DNA of 64,000 nt from a virus. The notes under the pieces are model-generated. The model was not told where the DNA came from. It did not search any database and saw only the letters and a program-made list of their open reading frames with translations. Position numbers and translations under genes: made by a program. Of this stretch, positions 27,913-37,163 are shown in pieces. The stretch is taken from positions 29,275 through 93,274 of IMG/VR virus record IMGVR_UViG_3300028772_000011. The stretch is one strand, 5' to 3'. Numbering within the stretch: position 1 is the stretch's first letter; each line of letters opens with the position of its first letter.

Positions 27913-29614
27913 TTTCTTTTAATTTTATTATATCGTTAATTTTATTAATTAATTCTTGTTCATCAATATATACTTTATCTATATAGTCAATTATATATTT
28001 TGGGTTTTCATATGTAAAATATAATAAATTGACATTATTCTTCTTACATAAATTATTTTTTCTAATATCTCTTTCTCTTACTTCTGAAAATCCTTTAGCT
28101 CCACCCCAACAATTATTTTCATCAAAATGTTGCCTTCCATGATATTCAATAGCTATATCATATTCTGTTAAATACATATCAATACTTTGAGCCCTTAACC
28201 ATTTATCTCTAAATTGGTATACTAAATTATAGTTTTGAAAATTATCTCTAATAATAGATAATAATTTTTGTTCAGATATATCATTTTTTGAAGCACACTC
28301 TGGACAATTAGATCCTCTCAAATGACTACTTGGTATTTGCCAGAATTCTCCGTGGATTTGGCATATAATACATATTTTAGTTGATGAGTTAACGTAATTT
28401 ACTTTTGAATAATCATATTTTTCCCAACGCGCATTTTTTAGCTTTTTAACGTATTCAGTAGTTTCCATTTTATTACACTCTGAACACCCACAGCCTTTAA
28501 GGTGAACTTCTGGTGTTTGTGTAAAATCTCCGTGTTTTAAGCAAGTTATTATAACAGTGGTGTGTCTGTCAACATATTCTACTTTTGAATAGTCATATTT
28601 ATTTCCATGAATCAATTTTGCTTTTGTTATAAATTTTTCATTTGTAAATCTTAAAGCATTTCCAACTATTTCACCTGCACATTTAGGGCAACCTCCACCT
28701 CGCAAATGGCTATTTGGTAGTTGCCAAAATTCACCATGAACTGGGCAAATAATATATACTTTTAAATTCCAATTAATATATTCTGTTTTTGAGTATATAT
28801 ATTTTTCACCATGAATTAATCTTGATTGTTCTATAAACTCATCACTTGTCTTACTATTTTTACATTTTATACACCCCAAGCCATCTAAATGTTTCTTAGG
28901 CTTCTGTTTAAAATCACCATGTATAGGACAATTGATTATTACTGGCGTTTTGTTGTCAACATATATTACTTTAGAATAATCATATTTATTTCCATATATT
29001 ATTTTGGATTTTAAAATGAATGATTCTGTTGTTAAAACCCCATTTGCGCATTTAGGGCAGCCATGTCCAAATGAATGATTTGCAGGTAATTGCCAAAATT
29101 CCCCATGTTCAGGACATATTATACAAATTTCAGTAGTTGAATTAATATATGTAACTTTTGAATAGTCATATTTATTATTATGTATTTTAATTGATTTTTC
29201 TATAAATTCATTAAAATTTAAAGCTAAAGAATTTGTTTTAGTACAATTAGGACATCCGAAACCCTTTAAATGGTCTTCTGGTTTTTGCAAAAACTCACCG
29301 TGTTCTGAACATATTATAATTACAGGGGTATTTTTATCTACATATTTAACCTTTGAATAATCATATTTATTTTTATGTATCTCATTAGCTTTATCCGAAA
29401 ACATTTCAGTAGTTGGTACATTGTGGCCGCATTTAGTACAATTATTACCGTTTAAATGATTGTTTGGTAATTGGTAAAATTCACCGTGTATTTTACATAT
29501 AATACAAACATGTTTTTTACTATTAACATAAACTACTTTTGAATAATCATATCTATCTCCATGAATCAGTATAGCTTTTTCGATAAATTCCTCTCTTGTT
29601 AATTTTTTAGGCAT
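27896..29614 (-). CDS. free-standing endonuclease: 7 zinc-binding repeats plus PD-(D/E)xK/Vsr-like domain
   Basis: seven ~62-aa YDYSK..CxxHG(E/D)FxQxPxxH..CxxC repeats; QSIDMY..IAIEYHGRQH. Confidence 0.85.
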   Translation of the reverse strand: MPKKLTREEFIEKAILIHGDRYDYSKVVYVNSKKHVCIICKIHGEFYQLPNNHLNGNNCTKCGHNVPTTEMFSDKANEIHKNKYDYSKVKYVDKNTPVIIICSEHGEFLQKPEDHLKGFGCPNCTKTNSLALNFNEFIEKSIKIHNNKYDYSKVTYINSTTEICIICPEHGEFWQLPANHSFGHGCPKCANGVLTTESFILKSKIIYGNKYDYSKVIYVDNKTPVIINCPIHGDFKQKPKKHLDGLGCIKCKNSKTSDEFIEQSRLIHGEKYIYSKTEYINWNLKVYIICPVHGEFWQLPNSHLRGGGCPKCAGEIVGNALRFTNEKFITKAKLIHGNKYDYSKVEYVDRHTTVIITCLKHGDFTQTPEVHLKGCGCSECNKMETTEYVKKLKNARWEKYDYSKVNYVNSSTKICIICQIHGEFWQIPSSHLRGSNCPECASKNDISEQKLLSIIRDNFQNYNLVYQFRDKWLRAQSIDMYLTEYDIAIEYHGRQHFDENNCWGGAKGFSEVRERDIRKNNLCKKNNVNLLYFTYENPKYIIDYIDKVYIDEQELINKINDIIKLKENAKNN

Positions 29615-29756
29615 TTTTAATATATTCCTTTAATAATTTATTTATCAAGGAAGAAGTATTAATACATTGACCCTTTAAATAATCAACCACTTCTGGTGAT
29701 ACAGAAATAGATATTTTTACTTTTCTTTCTTCGTCTCCGATCTTTGTTCTTCCCAT
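29607..29756 (-). CDS. 49-aa ribbon-helix-helix-like protein (not in ORF track)
   Basis: MGRTKIGDEERKVKISISVSPEVVDYLKGQCINTSSLINKLLKEYIKNA; stop overlaps endonuclease start. Confidence 0.7.
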   Translation of the reverse strand: MGRTKIGDEERKVKISISVSPEVVDYLKGQCINTSSLINKLLKEYIKNA

Positions 29757-29760
29757 CCTA

Positions 29761-29768
29761 TATAAATA
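29761..29768 (-). promoter_or_regulatory. late promoter TATTTATA
   Basis: 4 nt before RHH ATG. Confidence 0.45.
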
Positions 29769-29813
29769 TTAAAAAAATTATTATTTTACTATAATTCATA
29801 CTTTTATTTTTAA

Positions 29814-30002
29814 TTATTTTTGTTTTGCAATGTCCACATTACAATTATCGTTATTTTCTTTTAATTTTTTATTCATATTCATATAATTTCGAACAATGGT
29901 TTCAAATGCAATTATCTGCTTCCAATCAGAAACAGGAAGTGATCTAAACATTTCACCCCTACGTTTAAGTGAAGCTTCAACTTCTTTTGAAAATGTTATC
30001 AT
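29814..30002 (-). CDS. hypothetical protein
   Basis: 62-aa ORF in packed operon. Confidence 0.6.
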   Translation of the reverse strand: MITFSKEVEASLKRRGEMFRSLPVSDWKQIIAFETIVRNYMNMNKKLKENNDNCNVDIAKQK

Positions 30003-30008
30003 ATTTAT

Positions 30009-30368
30009 TTATTCAGTCTTAATATTAATAGGTTTAGCACTATATTTCATTAATTCTTCATTATCCTTTTGATATTTCTCAACCATATCAATCAACTGTT
30101 CAATAATTTCATATCTATTAGCCCCAGCCATTAACGATTGAAATATGTTATTAAACAAAGGTGAACGTAACATCTTTTTCTCAGCATCTTTTGAAAAATA
30201 GCTTAGTAATTCATCTGGCGAAATCATTCTCGATTCCCTTTCAAATACTTCTTTTGAATATTTACTCAAACAACTAACATAACCTATTGGTTGATCCGAT
30301 GAATGTAAAATACTATTAGTATTTTCCGCCATTATATGTGTGTAATTTTCTTCTGTTATTTTATTCAT
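30009..30368 (-). CDS. hypothetical protein
   Basis: 119-aa ORF in packed operon. Confidence 0.65.
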   Translation of the reverse strand: MNKITEENYTHIMAENTNSILHSSDQPIGYVSCLSKYSKEVFERESRMISPDELLSYFSKDAEKKMLRSPLFNNIFQSLMAGANRYEIIEQLIDMVEKYQKDNEELMKYSAKPINIKTE

Positions 30369-30559
30369 TTTTTAGTTATTGTTATTTCAAATTTACTATC
30401 ATACCACACACCATTTTTTGTAGTTACAAATTTACCTTTATAATCATATTCTGATTCTTTTCCAAGAACGAATAAAATAGTGTCATTAGATATTTCACCA
30501 GCAAAGGTTATTATTTGTTCACCAGATTTCATAGCCTTAATTTGTTCTTCTGTTACCAT
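30365..30559 (-). CDS. hypothetical protein
   Basis: 64-aa ORF, ATGA overlap. Confidence 0.6.
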   Translation of the reverse strand: MVTEEQIKAMKSGEQIITFAGEISNDTILFVLGKESEYDYKGKFVTTKNGVWYDSKFEITITKK

Positions 30560-30865
30560 TTAGTTTATAAATTTTAATTTATCTCTTAATTTAGCTGCCA
30601 ATTCATAATTTTCAGATTCTAATGCTTGTTTTAACCTATATTCAAGTGTGTGTTTGGTATTATAATCAGTCAATACCTTATTGGTAAGTATTTTTATTTC
30701 GTCTTTATTTGATTTTATTTTTGATATTATAATCTGAATATCAATAGGGTTATCAATTAGTTCATCAATTAAATCGTCTCTAAATGCATACAATGACCCT
30801 ATCATATTACGATCTGTTTCACATAATAATTTTATTCTATTCAAATCTGGTATTTCATTTTCCAT
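30560..30865 (-). CDS. UVR (UvrB/C motif) domain protein
   Basis: LKQALESENYELAAKLRDKL. Confidence 0.75.
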   Translation of the reverse strand: MENEIPDLNRIKLLCETDRNMIGSLYAFRDDLIDELIDNPIDIQIIISKIKSNKDEIKILTNKVLTDYNTKHTLEYRLKQALESENYELAAKLRDKLKFIN

Positions 30866-30877
30866 AATTTACAATTT

Positions 30878-31060
30878 TTAATTTATATTTGCAATCAACC
30901 GACCCATTAGTATATTAATCATTTCATGAACTTCATCTCTAATTTTTAAAGTTTGTTCTTCTTCTGAAATTGGCTCCTTAGAAATATCACGACATTTATC
31001 AAAATGGTTTTTCATAATTTCATCATCTTGATAATTACAAGTTAATTTTTCTTTTTTCAT
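30878..31060 (-). CDS. hypothetical protein
   Basis: 60-aa ORF, ATGA overlap. Confidence 0.55.
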   Translation of the reverse strand: MKKEKLTCNYQDDEIMKNHFDKCRDISKEPISEEEQTLKIRDEVHEMINILMGRLIANIN

Positions 31061-31461
31061 AAGTTTAATTTATCTCTTAAATTAGCAGCTAATTCATAAT
31101 TTTCAGACTCTAATGCTTCACTAAGTTGTTCCTCAATAGATTTTTTTGTGAGATTTTCTTTGTCCTCAATATCTTTTGATGCATCAAGTAATAAACTTTT
31201 TAAATAATCTGGATCTTCTAATGATTTGTTAATATCTGATTTCATTTTTTCCCATTTTTCGTTGACTCTCGATACACTTTCTGGGTTAGACTTTTTTAAA
31301 ACAGATATTCTATTTTCATTCAATTTTATTTTTTCGAGCAAACGGATGTTTAAAGTTTCCAATACATCTATTTCATTGTTAACAATAGAATCACAAGCCT
31401 CAATAATTAACTTATCGTTATCTTTTATTAATTTAATTATTTCATTCATTTCCGTTTCCAT
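31057..31461 (-). CDS. UVR domain protein (paralog)
   Basis: LSEALESENYELAANLRDKL; start moved to ATG 31461. Confidence 0.75.
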   Translation of the reverse strand: METEMNEIIKLIKDNDKLIIEACDSIVNNEIDVLETLNIRLLEKIKLNENRISVLKKSNPESVSRVNEKWEKMKSDINKSLEDPDYLKSLLLDASKDIEDKENLTKKSIEEQLSEALESENYELAANLRDKLNL

Positions 31462-31485
31462 ATAAATTTTAATTTTTATTTTAAA

Positions 31486-31519
31486 CAAATGTACGTATAA
31501 TTTTTATATAAAACAAGTT
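31486..31519 (-). promoter_or_regulatory. Bacteroidota sigma-A-type promoter
   Basis: AACTTG-N20-TACATTTG. Confidence 0.8.
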
Positions 31520-32643
31520 TAATTTTGAGAAATATTTAATTCTTTATTTAATATTTCTTCTATATTATAAAATTCCGTATATGGGATTCTAATTAATTTA
31601 ATACCATTATCAAGACAATATTGTGTTTTAATTTCATCTCTTTTTTTATTAAGTATAAAAGATATTTCTCCTCCCCAATGATTAACTGGTTGAAAATGCT
31701 GTTTACCATCGAATTCTATACATATATTAAGCGATGGTATGTAAAAATCAAAAGGTAATGGTTTTATATTCTTGCATTCATTAAATCTATGTTGGTTGAT
31801 ATTAATAATATTTTTCTTATTTAATATTTTCATAATTAAGCTTTCGCCTTTACTTTCTATACAAATAGGACACCCTTTACCTTGTAAATGATTGGTAGGG
31901 CTACACGAAAATTGACCATGTTTTTTACAAATAATATTAACCTTTTTATGTGCAGTTTCATATTTCACTAACGAATAATCAAATTTATCACCATGAATAA
32001 GTTTTGCGCTTAAAATAAACTCATTAGTTGTTGGTTTAATTTTATTACTACATTTAGCACATCCATCGCCTCGTAAATGATGCTCAACAGTTTGCTTGAT
32101 AATATTACCACAATCCTTACAATAAAAAATAATATAATCGGTTAATTTAATAAAAACAACATCTGAATAATCAAATTTATTTTTATGTTTAATATTTGCC
32201 TTTTTTATAAATTCTTCTTTTGATAGATAATAATTTCCTAAACATTTTTTACAACCATTACCTTTAGATATTAATAATGATCCAGCTTGAACATAAAAAT
32301 TATTTCCACATTTTTTACATATTACGTTAACTTTTCCTTTATCGTTAATATAATTAATATTTGATAGGTCATAACTATCTCCGTGCTTTTTATATAACTC
32401 TAATAAATATTGCTCTTGCGTTTTTGTTCTTTTTAACGTACCCTTTTTTATACTGCATTTTGGGCATCCACTGCCTAATAAATGTGATCCAGCTTCTTGT
32501 TCAAAAAATTCTTTATGAATATTACAAAATATTTTTAATTTAGAGTGTCTTCCACTATATATTGTTTCAGAATAATTATATCTATCTCCGTGAATTAATC
32601 TTGCTTTAATTATAAATTCTTCTGTTGTAAGTTTTTTACTCAT
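31519..32643 (-). CDS. free-standing endonuclease: 4 zinc-binding repeats plus PD-(D/E)xK/Vsr-like domain
   Basis: four repeats ending GCxxC; SKGE..LPFDFY..IEFDGKQH..LIRIPY. Confidence 0.85.
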   Translation of the reverse strand: MSKKLTTEEFIIKARLIHGDRYNYSETIYSGRHSKLKIFCNIHKEFFEQEAGSHLLGSGCPKCSIKKGTLKRTKTQEQYLLELYKKHGDSYDLSNINYINDKGKVNVICKKCGNNFYVQAGSLLISKGNGCKKCLGNYYLSKEEFIKKANIKHKNKFDYSDVVFIKLTDYIIFYCKDCGNIIKQTVEHHLRGDGCAKCSNKIKPTTNEFILSAKLIHGDKFDYSLVKYETAHKKVNIICKKHGQFSCSPTNHLQGKGCPICIESKGESLIMKILNKKNIININQHRFNECKNIKPLPFDFYIPSLNICIEFDGKQHFQPVNHWGGEISFILNKKRDEIKTQYCLDNGIKLIRIPYTEFYNIEEILNKELNISQN

Positions 32644-32691
32644 TATTTTGTTTTAAAATTATTTTGTCAGCGGAAAGGTTGACATATAATA

Positions 32692-32699
32692 TATAAATA
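32692..32699 (-). promoter_or_regulatory. late promoter TATTTATA
   Basis: upstream of endonuclease ATG 32643. Confidence 0.45.
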
Positions 32700-32868
32700 A
32701 CACTAACGTTATCTCATGTATTTATGAAAAATAAAAGTTTTTTACTAAGGAAAGAATTATTAACCATTCTTTCAAAACTGGTCTGGGCAATACTTACCCA
32801 TTTAATATCTAAAATCGATATTAATTATATTTTATTAACATTTTTTTGGAGTTAATTTGTGGGTGGAA

Positions 32869-32902
32869 AAATAAAAGGTGTGGATTAACGCACCTTTTAT
32901 TT
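32869..32902 (-). terminator. intrinsic terminator
   Basis: AAATAAAAGGTG / CACCTTTTATTT immediately after stop at 32905. Confidence 0.75.
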
Positions 32903-32904
32903 GA

Positions 32905-33330
32905 TTATCCAATTGCGGATGTTATGCAAAAAATTACGCCACATAACAGTCCATATAGAGCAAGCGTTCCAGCAATTGAAAAATTACCAGTTATAAGTAA
33001 TAAGAATGCAAGTAAGAAAAGAATCAATGCAATTACAGCGGAAACAATTCCAATTTTCATAGAAATAGAAGACTCTTTATTAAAATCTATGGATGCATAT
33101 AATTTTTCTTTTTTTGATAGTTCACCATCTTTAAGGCCTTCACCAGGATTAAATTTATTACCACAATCTAAACAAGTAATTTTTACTTTACCACTACCAA
33201 TAAATCCAGCTGCTAATCCTATTCCTCCAGTTAAAATTACTCCACTAATTCCCTTAGCAGCGCTATAACCATTTTTATTTGTAGTTAATTGAGTTGAACC
33301 ACAATTAGGGCATTTAATTTCATTTTTCAT
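32905..33330 (-). CDS. zinc-ribbon membrane protein
   Basis: CPNC-(Gly-rich hydrophobic)-CLDC followed by two TM-like segments. Confidence 0.7.
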   Translation of the reverse strand: MKNEIKCPNCGSTQLTTNKNGYSAAKGISGVILTGGIGLAAGFIGSGKVKITCLDCGNKFNPGEGLKDGELSKKEKLYASIDFNKESSISMKIGIVSAVIALILFLLAFLLLITGNFSIAGTLALYGLLCGVIFCITSAIG

Positions 33331-33335
33331 CGTTT

Positions 33336-33527
33336 TTATTTATTTCGATAAATTCTAAATTCATATATTGGTCTCATTTTAGTTCGTTCAATTTCTATAT
33401 ATTTAGAGGTATATTTACCATCTGGAACTAATAATAACCTTTTAGCTGCCTTAGTAAGCATAGCAGGAAGAAAATCACAAGCATAATCATCAATTTCTAA
33501 TTTTTCGATTTCTTTTTTTGTAAACAT
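33336..33527 (-). CDS. hypothetical protein
   Basis: 63-aa ORF in packed operon. Confidence 0.55.
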   Translation of the reverse strand: MFTKKEIEKLEIDDYACDFLPAMLTKAAKRLLLVPDGKYTSKYIEIERTKMRPIYEFRIYRNK

Positions 33528-33535
33528 ATTTTTAT

Positions 33536-33901
33536 TTAATAAGCTGCGTTTCTATTTGTGTCAAAATATTCTTTAACATCACTTGAAAGGTTGTCTTTGA
33601 TTAAGTAGTTATATTTTACAATGATATCAAGAATACAATCTCTTAACTCCTCAGTCATTTGAGGTAGATTATCCAATTTTTCAGCTAAAGTAGCTTTTCG
33701 ATGTCTACGCATTTTATCGAATGTCCCAAATGATTCAATGATTTCTCTTGCTTTTTTCTTTGGGAGTCCGTTGATATTTTTATGTAAGTTTAAAATACCA
33801 TAATTTTCTCCCATCATACAAATTTCTATTCCTCTTCTCATAATTTTAAATCTTTTTATTTCCCCTACTCTGTTGTATGTTGGTTTTTCAGGATGTACCA
33901 T
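33536..33901 (-). CDS. hypothetical protein
   Basis: 121-aa ORF. Confidence 0.6.
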   Translation of the reverse strand: MVHPEKPTYNRVGEIKRFKIMRRGIEICMMGENYGILNLHKNINGLPKKKAREIIESFGTFDKMRRHRKATLAEKLDNLPQMTEELRDCILDIIVKYNYLIKDNLSSDVKEYFDTNRNAAY

Positions 33902-34487
33902 CGCTATTATTTTTTTTATAAATATCTATATGTTCTTCGTATTCAATTAATGAACTTTCAGTAAAATATTTTGGATTTACATACGCAACTAAACTATTAT
34001 TAAACCCATATGAAAGAATAGGATATAGTATAAGGTTTTGTTCTTTATAATGATCCATTATTTCATAGCCACTAAGATATTTTTTCGTACTCCAAACATG
34101 AAGTTGTTTAATTATATTTTTATCAATCAAATTTGATTTAAATAAATTTAAAATTAGATTAACATATTCGTTGGATGATTCTTCAGCACAGTATTGTATC
34201 TCTTGAAAATGTACTAAAGGGTTAAGATCTCTCCAACTTCGTTCAAATTGTATGTAGTTATCTCTATTCCAAACAAACATTTTACCACAACCCAGATTTT
34301 CAAATTCATCAACTTCAATATCATACCACAATTTAGGGTATTTTTCTTTATATTTATCTATATTATTAACCCATTTATCAAAATCTTCTCCGTATAGGAT
34401 AACTTTTGTTCCCTCATCTGAATCGTATTTGATTTCCCCCTCAACCCTAAATACATTCTCCGATACTTTAACTAATGTTGTGTTCAT
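33888..34487 (-). CDS. hypothetical protein
   Basis: 199-aa ORF. Confidence 0.7.
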   Translation of the reverse strand: MNTTLVKVSENVFRVEGEIKYDSDEGTKVILYGEDFDKWVNNIDKYKEKYPKLWYDIEVDEFENLGCGKMFVWNRDNYIQFERSWRDLNPLVHFQEIQYCAEESSNEYVNLILNLFKSNLIDKNIIKQLHVWSTKKYLSGYEIMDHYKEQNLILYPILSYGFNNSLVAYVNPKYFTESSLIEYEEHIDIYKKNNSDGTS

Positions 34488-34597
34488 AAAACTATTTTAT
34501 TTTTTAAATTGATTCGAAGCAAATATACCAATAAAATTCAAGAAAAACAAGTTCCAAATAAAAACCGAGCATTTTTAAATACTCGACTCCTAATATT

Positions 34598-34897
34598 TTA
34601 AAATAATTTAATTTCGATAATTTGAATTCCATTATTATTAATACAATTATCAGGATATTTAAATTCAAAATCATATCCAGACATATCCAATGCTGAAATT
34701 TGCTGCTCATTTAAATTTTCCAATACAATTGATGTTTTATCTTCAATTAAGCCACTTTTAATCTCAACGTATAGTTGATAAATCGGTCCACACCCAAAGG
34801 TACCTTTTCCCTCTAATATAGAAGATTTAATTTCTTCTAACGTCATTAAGTTTTCCATATCTGGAATTCCCAATACTTCATTAATTTCTTTAATCAT
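34598..34897 (-). CDS. hypothetical protein
   Basis: 99-aa ORF. Confidence 0.6.
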   Translation of the reverse strand: MIKEINEVLGIPDMENLMTLEEIKSSILEGKGTFGCGPIYQLYVEIKSGLIEDKTSIVLENLNEQQISALDMSGYDFEFKYPDNCINNNGIQIIEIKLF

Positions 34898-34919
34898 TGT
34901 TTTTTATTTAATTTGTTAT

Positions 34920-35723
34920 TTAAAATATTAATTCTCCTATTTCTCTTTCAGAAAGCATTGTATTTCCAACAATTTTTCCAATTTCGGTTACAGTTGGGAT
35001 ATATTCAATAACTTCTTCTTCCATTATAGAATAGTCATCATCATACCATTCACTATCTACATATCTCTTGTACCAATTAATATTGTATTTAAGTGTTGAT
35101 TCATTGAATTCAAAATACCCTATTCCGTGAATGTTTTTTTCGTGTTGATGGAATTCAAAAATATCAATATCAGCAAAAATTTTATTATTTTTCACATCTA
35201 ATTTTCCAGTAAATTGACCAATACGTGAATCATATTCTGTTTCTATTGGAACTAAAAGATTATTATCAAATATTAATTCTCCTTCATCATTATATTCAAA
35301 ATTATCAAAAGCTGAAATAAAAGATCTTCCATTGGAAATTATTAAATTACCTTCAAGCCATATTTCAAGATCATTTACGTAGCATTTAAATAGGGTATTA
35401 TTGAATAGTCTGGAACAATACTCGTTTTTAAAATTTCTTAAATTCGAATTTGCGGTTTCAAGACATTTTTCAAATGCATCATCTTCTTTATCATCATCTT
35501 CGTATTTTGTATCTTCACAATCATCATCAACATTATCATTTACGTTACGTCTTATTTTACTTTCATCAGATTCTATTATTTCCCATTCTGAAGAAGTATT
35601 TTCATTTAACCAAGCTTTAAAACGTTTCTGTATTTGTTTGTCGATATCTTTGGTTTCATCAATTTTGAATATTAAATCCTCGTCAGTACTGTCACACTCA
35701 AAATGCACTTTAATTTTCTTCAT
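34920..35723 (-). CDS. YopX-like domain protein with acidic N-terminal part
   Basis: IGQFTGKLDVKNNKIFADI...KIVGN. Confidence 0.6.
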   Translation of the reverse strand: MKKIKVHFECDSTDEDLIFKIDETKDIDKQIQKRFKAWLNENTSSEWEIIESDESKIRRNVNDNVDDDCEDTKYEDDDKEDDAFEKCLETANSNLRNFKNEYCSRLFNNTLFKCYVNDLEIWLEGNLIISNGRSFISAFDNFEYNDEGELIFDNNLLVPIETEYDSRIGQFTGKLDVKNNKIFADIDIFEFHQHEKNIHGIGYFEFNESTLKYNINWYKRYVDSEWYDDDYSIMEEEVIEYIPTVTEIGKIVGNTMLSEREIGELIF

Positions 35724-35740
35724 AAAACTATTTTTTAAAT

Positions 35741-35926
35741 TTATTTTTCTTCTTCAATTAATTCATCCAAATACGTTAGCGTTCCGCAATTTTCACAGGT
35801 GATGACAACTTTATCCTCATTTTCCCAGGTATCATCATTTATTTCTTTTATAAGGTGATATTTAAATTCGTGATTGCAACCACATAGGCCACATATAATG
35901 TGTATTGGGGGATTTGCTATTGCCAT
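35741..35926 (-). CDS. small zinc-ribbon protein
   Basis: CGLC..CENC. Confidence 0.65.
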   Translation of the reverse strand: MAIANPPIHIICGLCGCNHEFKYHLIKEINDDTWENEDKVVITCENCGTLTYLDELIEEEK

Positions 35927-35931
35927 AATAT

Positions 35932-36177
35932 TTATTTCCTTACACCCTCTTCGAAGGCTGATTTTGTTTTATTTGAAAATTTTAGTAGATCTTCGATTGA
36001 TAATTTGAATTGACTTTCTGAAAATGCTTCTATAGCACCAAGTAAGTCTGTTAATTCACATATCTGTAAAACTTTATCCGTTTGTTCATATGCATCAAAT
36101 AGTTCTGTAAACTCTTCCTGTACTTTAGAAAATTCCCCAAGTACTCCTTTCTTAATTTCTCTCTTATGATATCCCAT
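35932..36177 (-). CDS. MazG-like all-alpha NTP pyrophosphatase-like protein
   Basis: KVQEEFTEL...ELTDLLGA (EExxE..ExxD). Confidence 0.55.
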   Translation of the reverse strand: MGYHKREIKKGVLGEFSKVQEEFTELFDAYEQTDKVLQICELTDLLGAIEAFSESQFKLSIEDLLKFSNKTKSAFEEGVRK

Positions 36178-36185
36178 ATTAAATT

Positions 36186-36731
36186 TTATTTATATTTCTT
36201 TATTAGAGTTGATAATCTTGGTTCGGCACATCCAGTACCATAAATCCATTTTAAAAATTCACATTCACGTATTCCGTATGATCCTAATTCTTCACCACAT
36301 ATTGTGATATCATAACCGATATCTGTCTTAATTACGTCAAGTATATTGTGTTTAAAATATTGTTGAAAAAAATCACATGACATATTTAATATTTTGTGAA
36401 CTTCATTATCATTTACGATATCCGTTTTAATTAATTCATTTTTCATGAAATACTGCATATGTAAATAATCTACTGATTCGTTTCTAAAGCAAGGAGTGAT
36501 CCCCATAAACTGCCCCTTGGTGATATAATCTTTCAAATATAAATATAAAAATGATTGTTCACCGCTTGCAACCAAACGTTTGTTATTGATATTTAATTGG
36601 AACGGTGTTTTATTTACTGGTCGTGTAATATCATCGATATATGGTGAAACCGTCCAAGGCAACTCAATTCGTTGAAACCCATTTTCACTATAATAATTTA
36701 CCGAATCGTCTAATAATTTATAGTCTATCAT
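36186..36731 (-). CDS. stand-alone class II aminoacyl-tRNA synthetase (SerRS-like) catalytic domain
   Basis: GFQRIELP (motif 1), ASGE, TPCFRNE (motif 2), YFMKNEL, ELGSYG, GTGCAEPR (motif 3); no tRNA-binding arm. Confidence 0.75.
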   Translation of the reverse strand: MIDYKLLDDSVNYYSENGFQRIELPWTVSPYIDDITRPVNKTPFQLNINNKRLVASGEQSFLYLYLKDYITKGQFMGITPCFRNESVDYLHMQYFMKNELIKTDIVNDNEVHKILNMSCDFFQQYFKHNILDVIKTDIGYDITICGEELGSYGIRECEFLKWIYGTGCAEPRLSTLIKKYK

Positions 36732-36886
36732 TTATATTTATTATTAAAATTTTTGAACCTAAAGTTATTGAATTTATTATTAATTGATTGGTTAAATCGT
36801 CGATAGTGGTAATTTTCAAATACTTTATAATGCTCAACATATTCAAGTATTCCAATCAAGTTTGTTCCGATGCAATATTTAATCAT
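36728..36886 (-). CDS. 52-aa hypothetical protein (not in ORF track)
   Basis: MIKYCIGTNLIG...NNKYK; TGA overlaps next ATG. Confidence 0.45.
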   Translation of the reverse strand: MIKYCIGTNLIGILEYVEHYKVFENYHYRRFNQSINNKFNNFRFKNFNNKYK

Positions 36887-36920
36887 AATATTATTAGTTT
36901 ATCGTATTGCGCTTATTTCT

Positions 36921-37163
36921 TTATATATTATCTAATAACGCTCTCATTCTATAATAAACCCTTTCGTTTAGGTTACTTTTTGTTGGGTATATATCTTCAT
37001 AGCTCAAACCTAAAAATTTATATTTATCACTATATAGGTCAATTAATTTATAACAAGAACTGAGTTGCATAACCTTATCACAACTGTCAATTACATTAAT
37101 TATCCAACAGAAATCCTTACACATTTCTATAAGCTCCGAGCTATTTAATCTTTTCTTTTTCAT
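36921..37163 (-). CDS. hypothetical protein
   Basis: 80-aa ORF. Confidence 0.6.
   Translation of the reverse strand: MKKKRLNSSELIEMCKDFCWIINVIDSCDKVMQLSSCYKLIDLYSDKYKFLGLSYEDIYPTKSNLNERVYYRMRALLDNI

Noticed and set aside
32666-32683. Small hairpin GTCAGC-GGAAAG-GTTGAC upstream of an endonuclease
   Set aside because: Only 6 bp and pairs better on the non-coding strand
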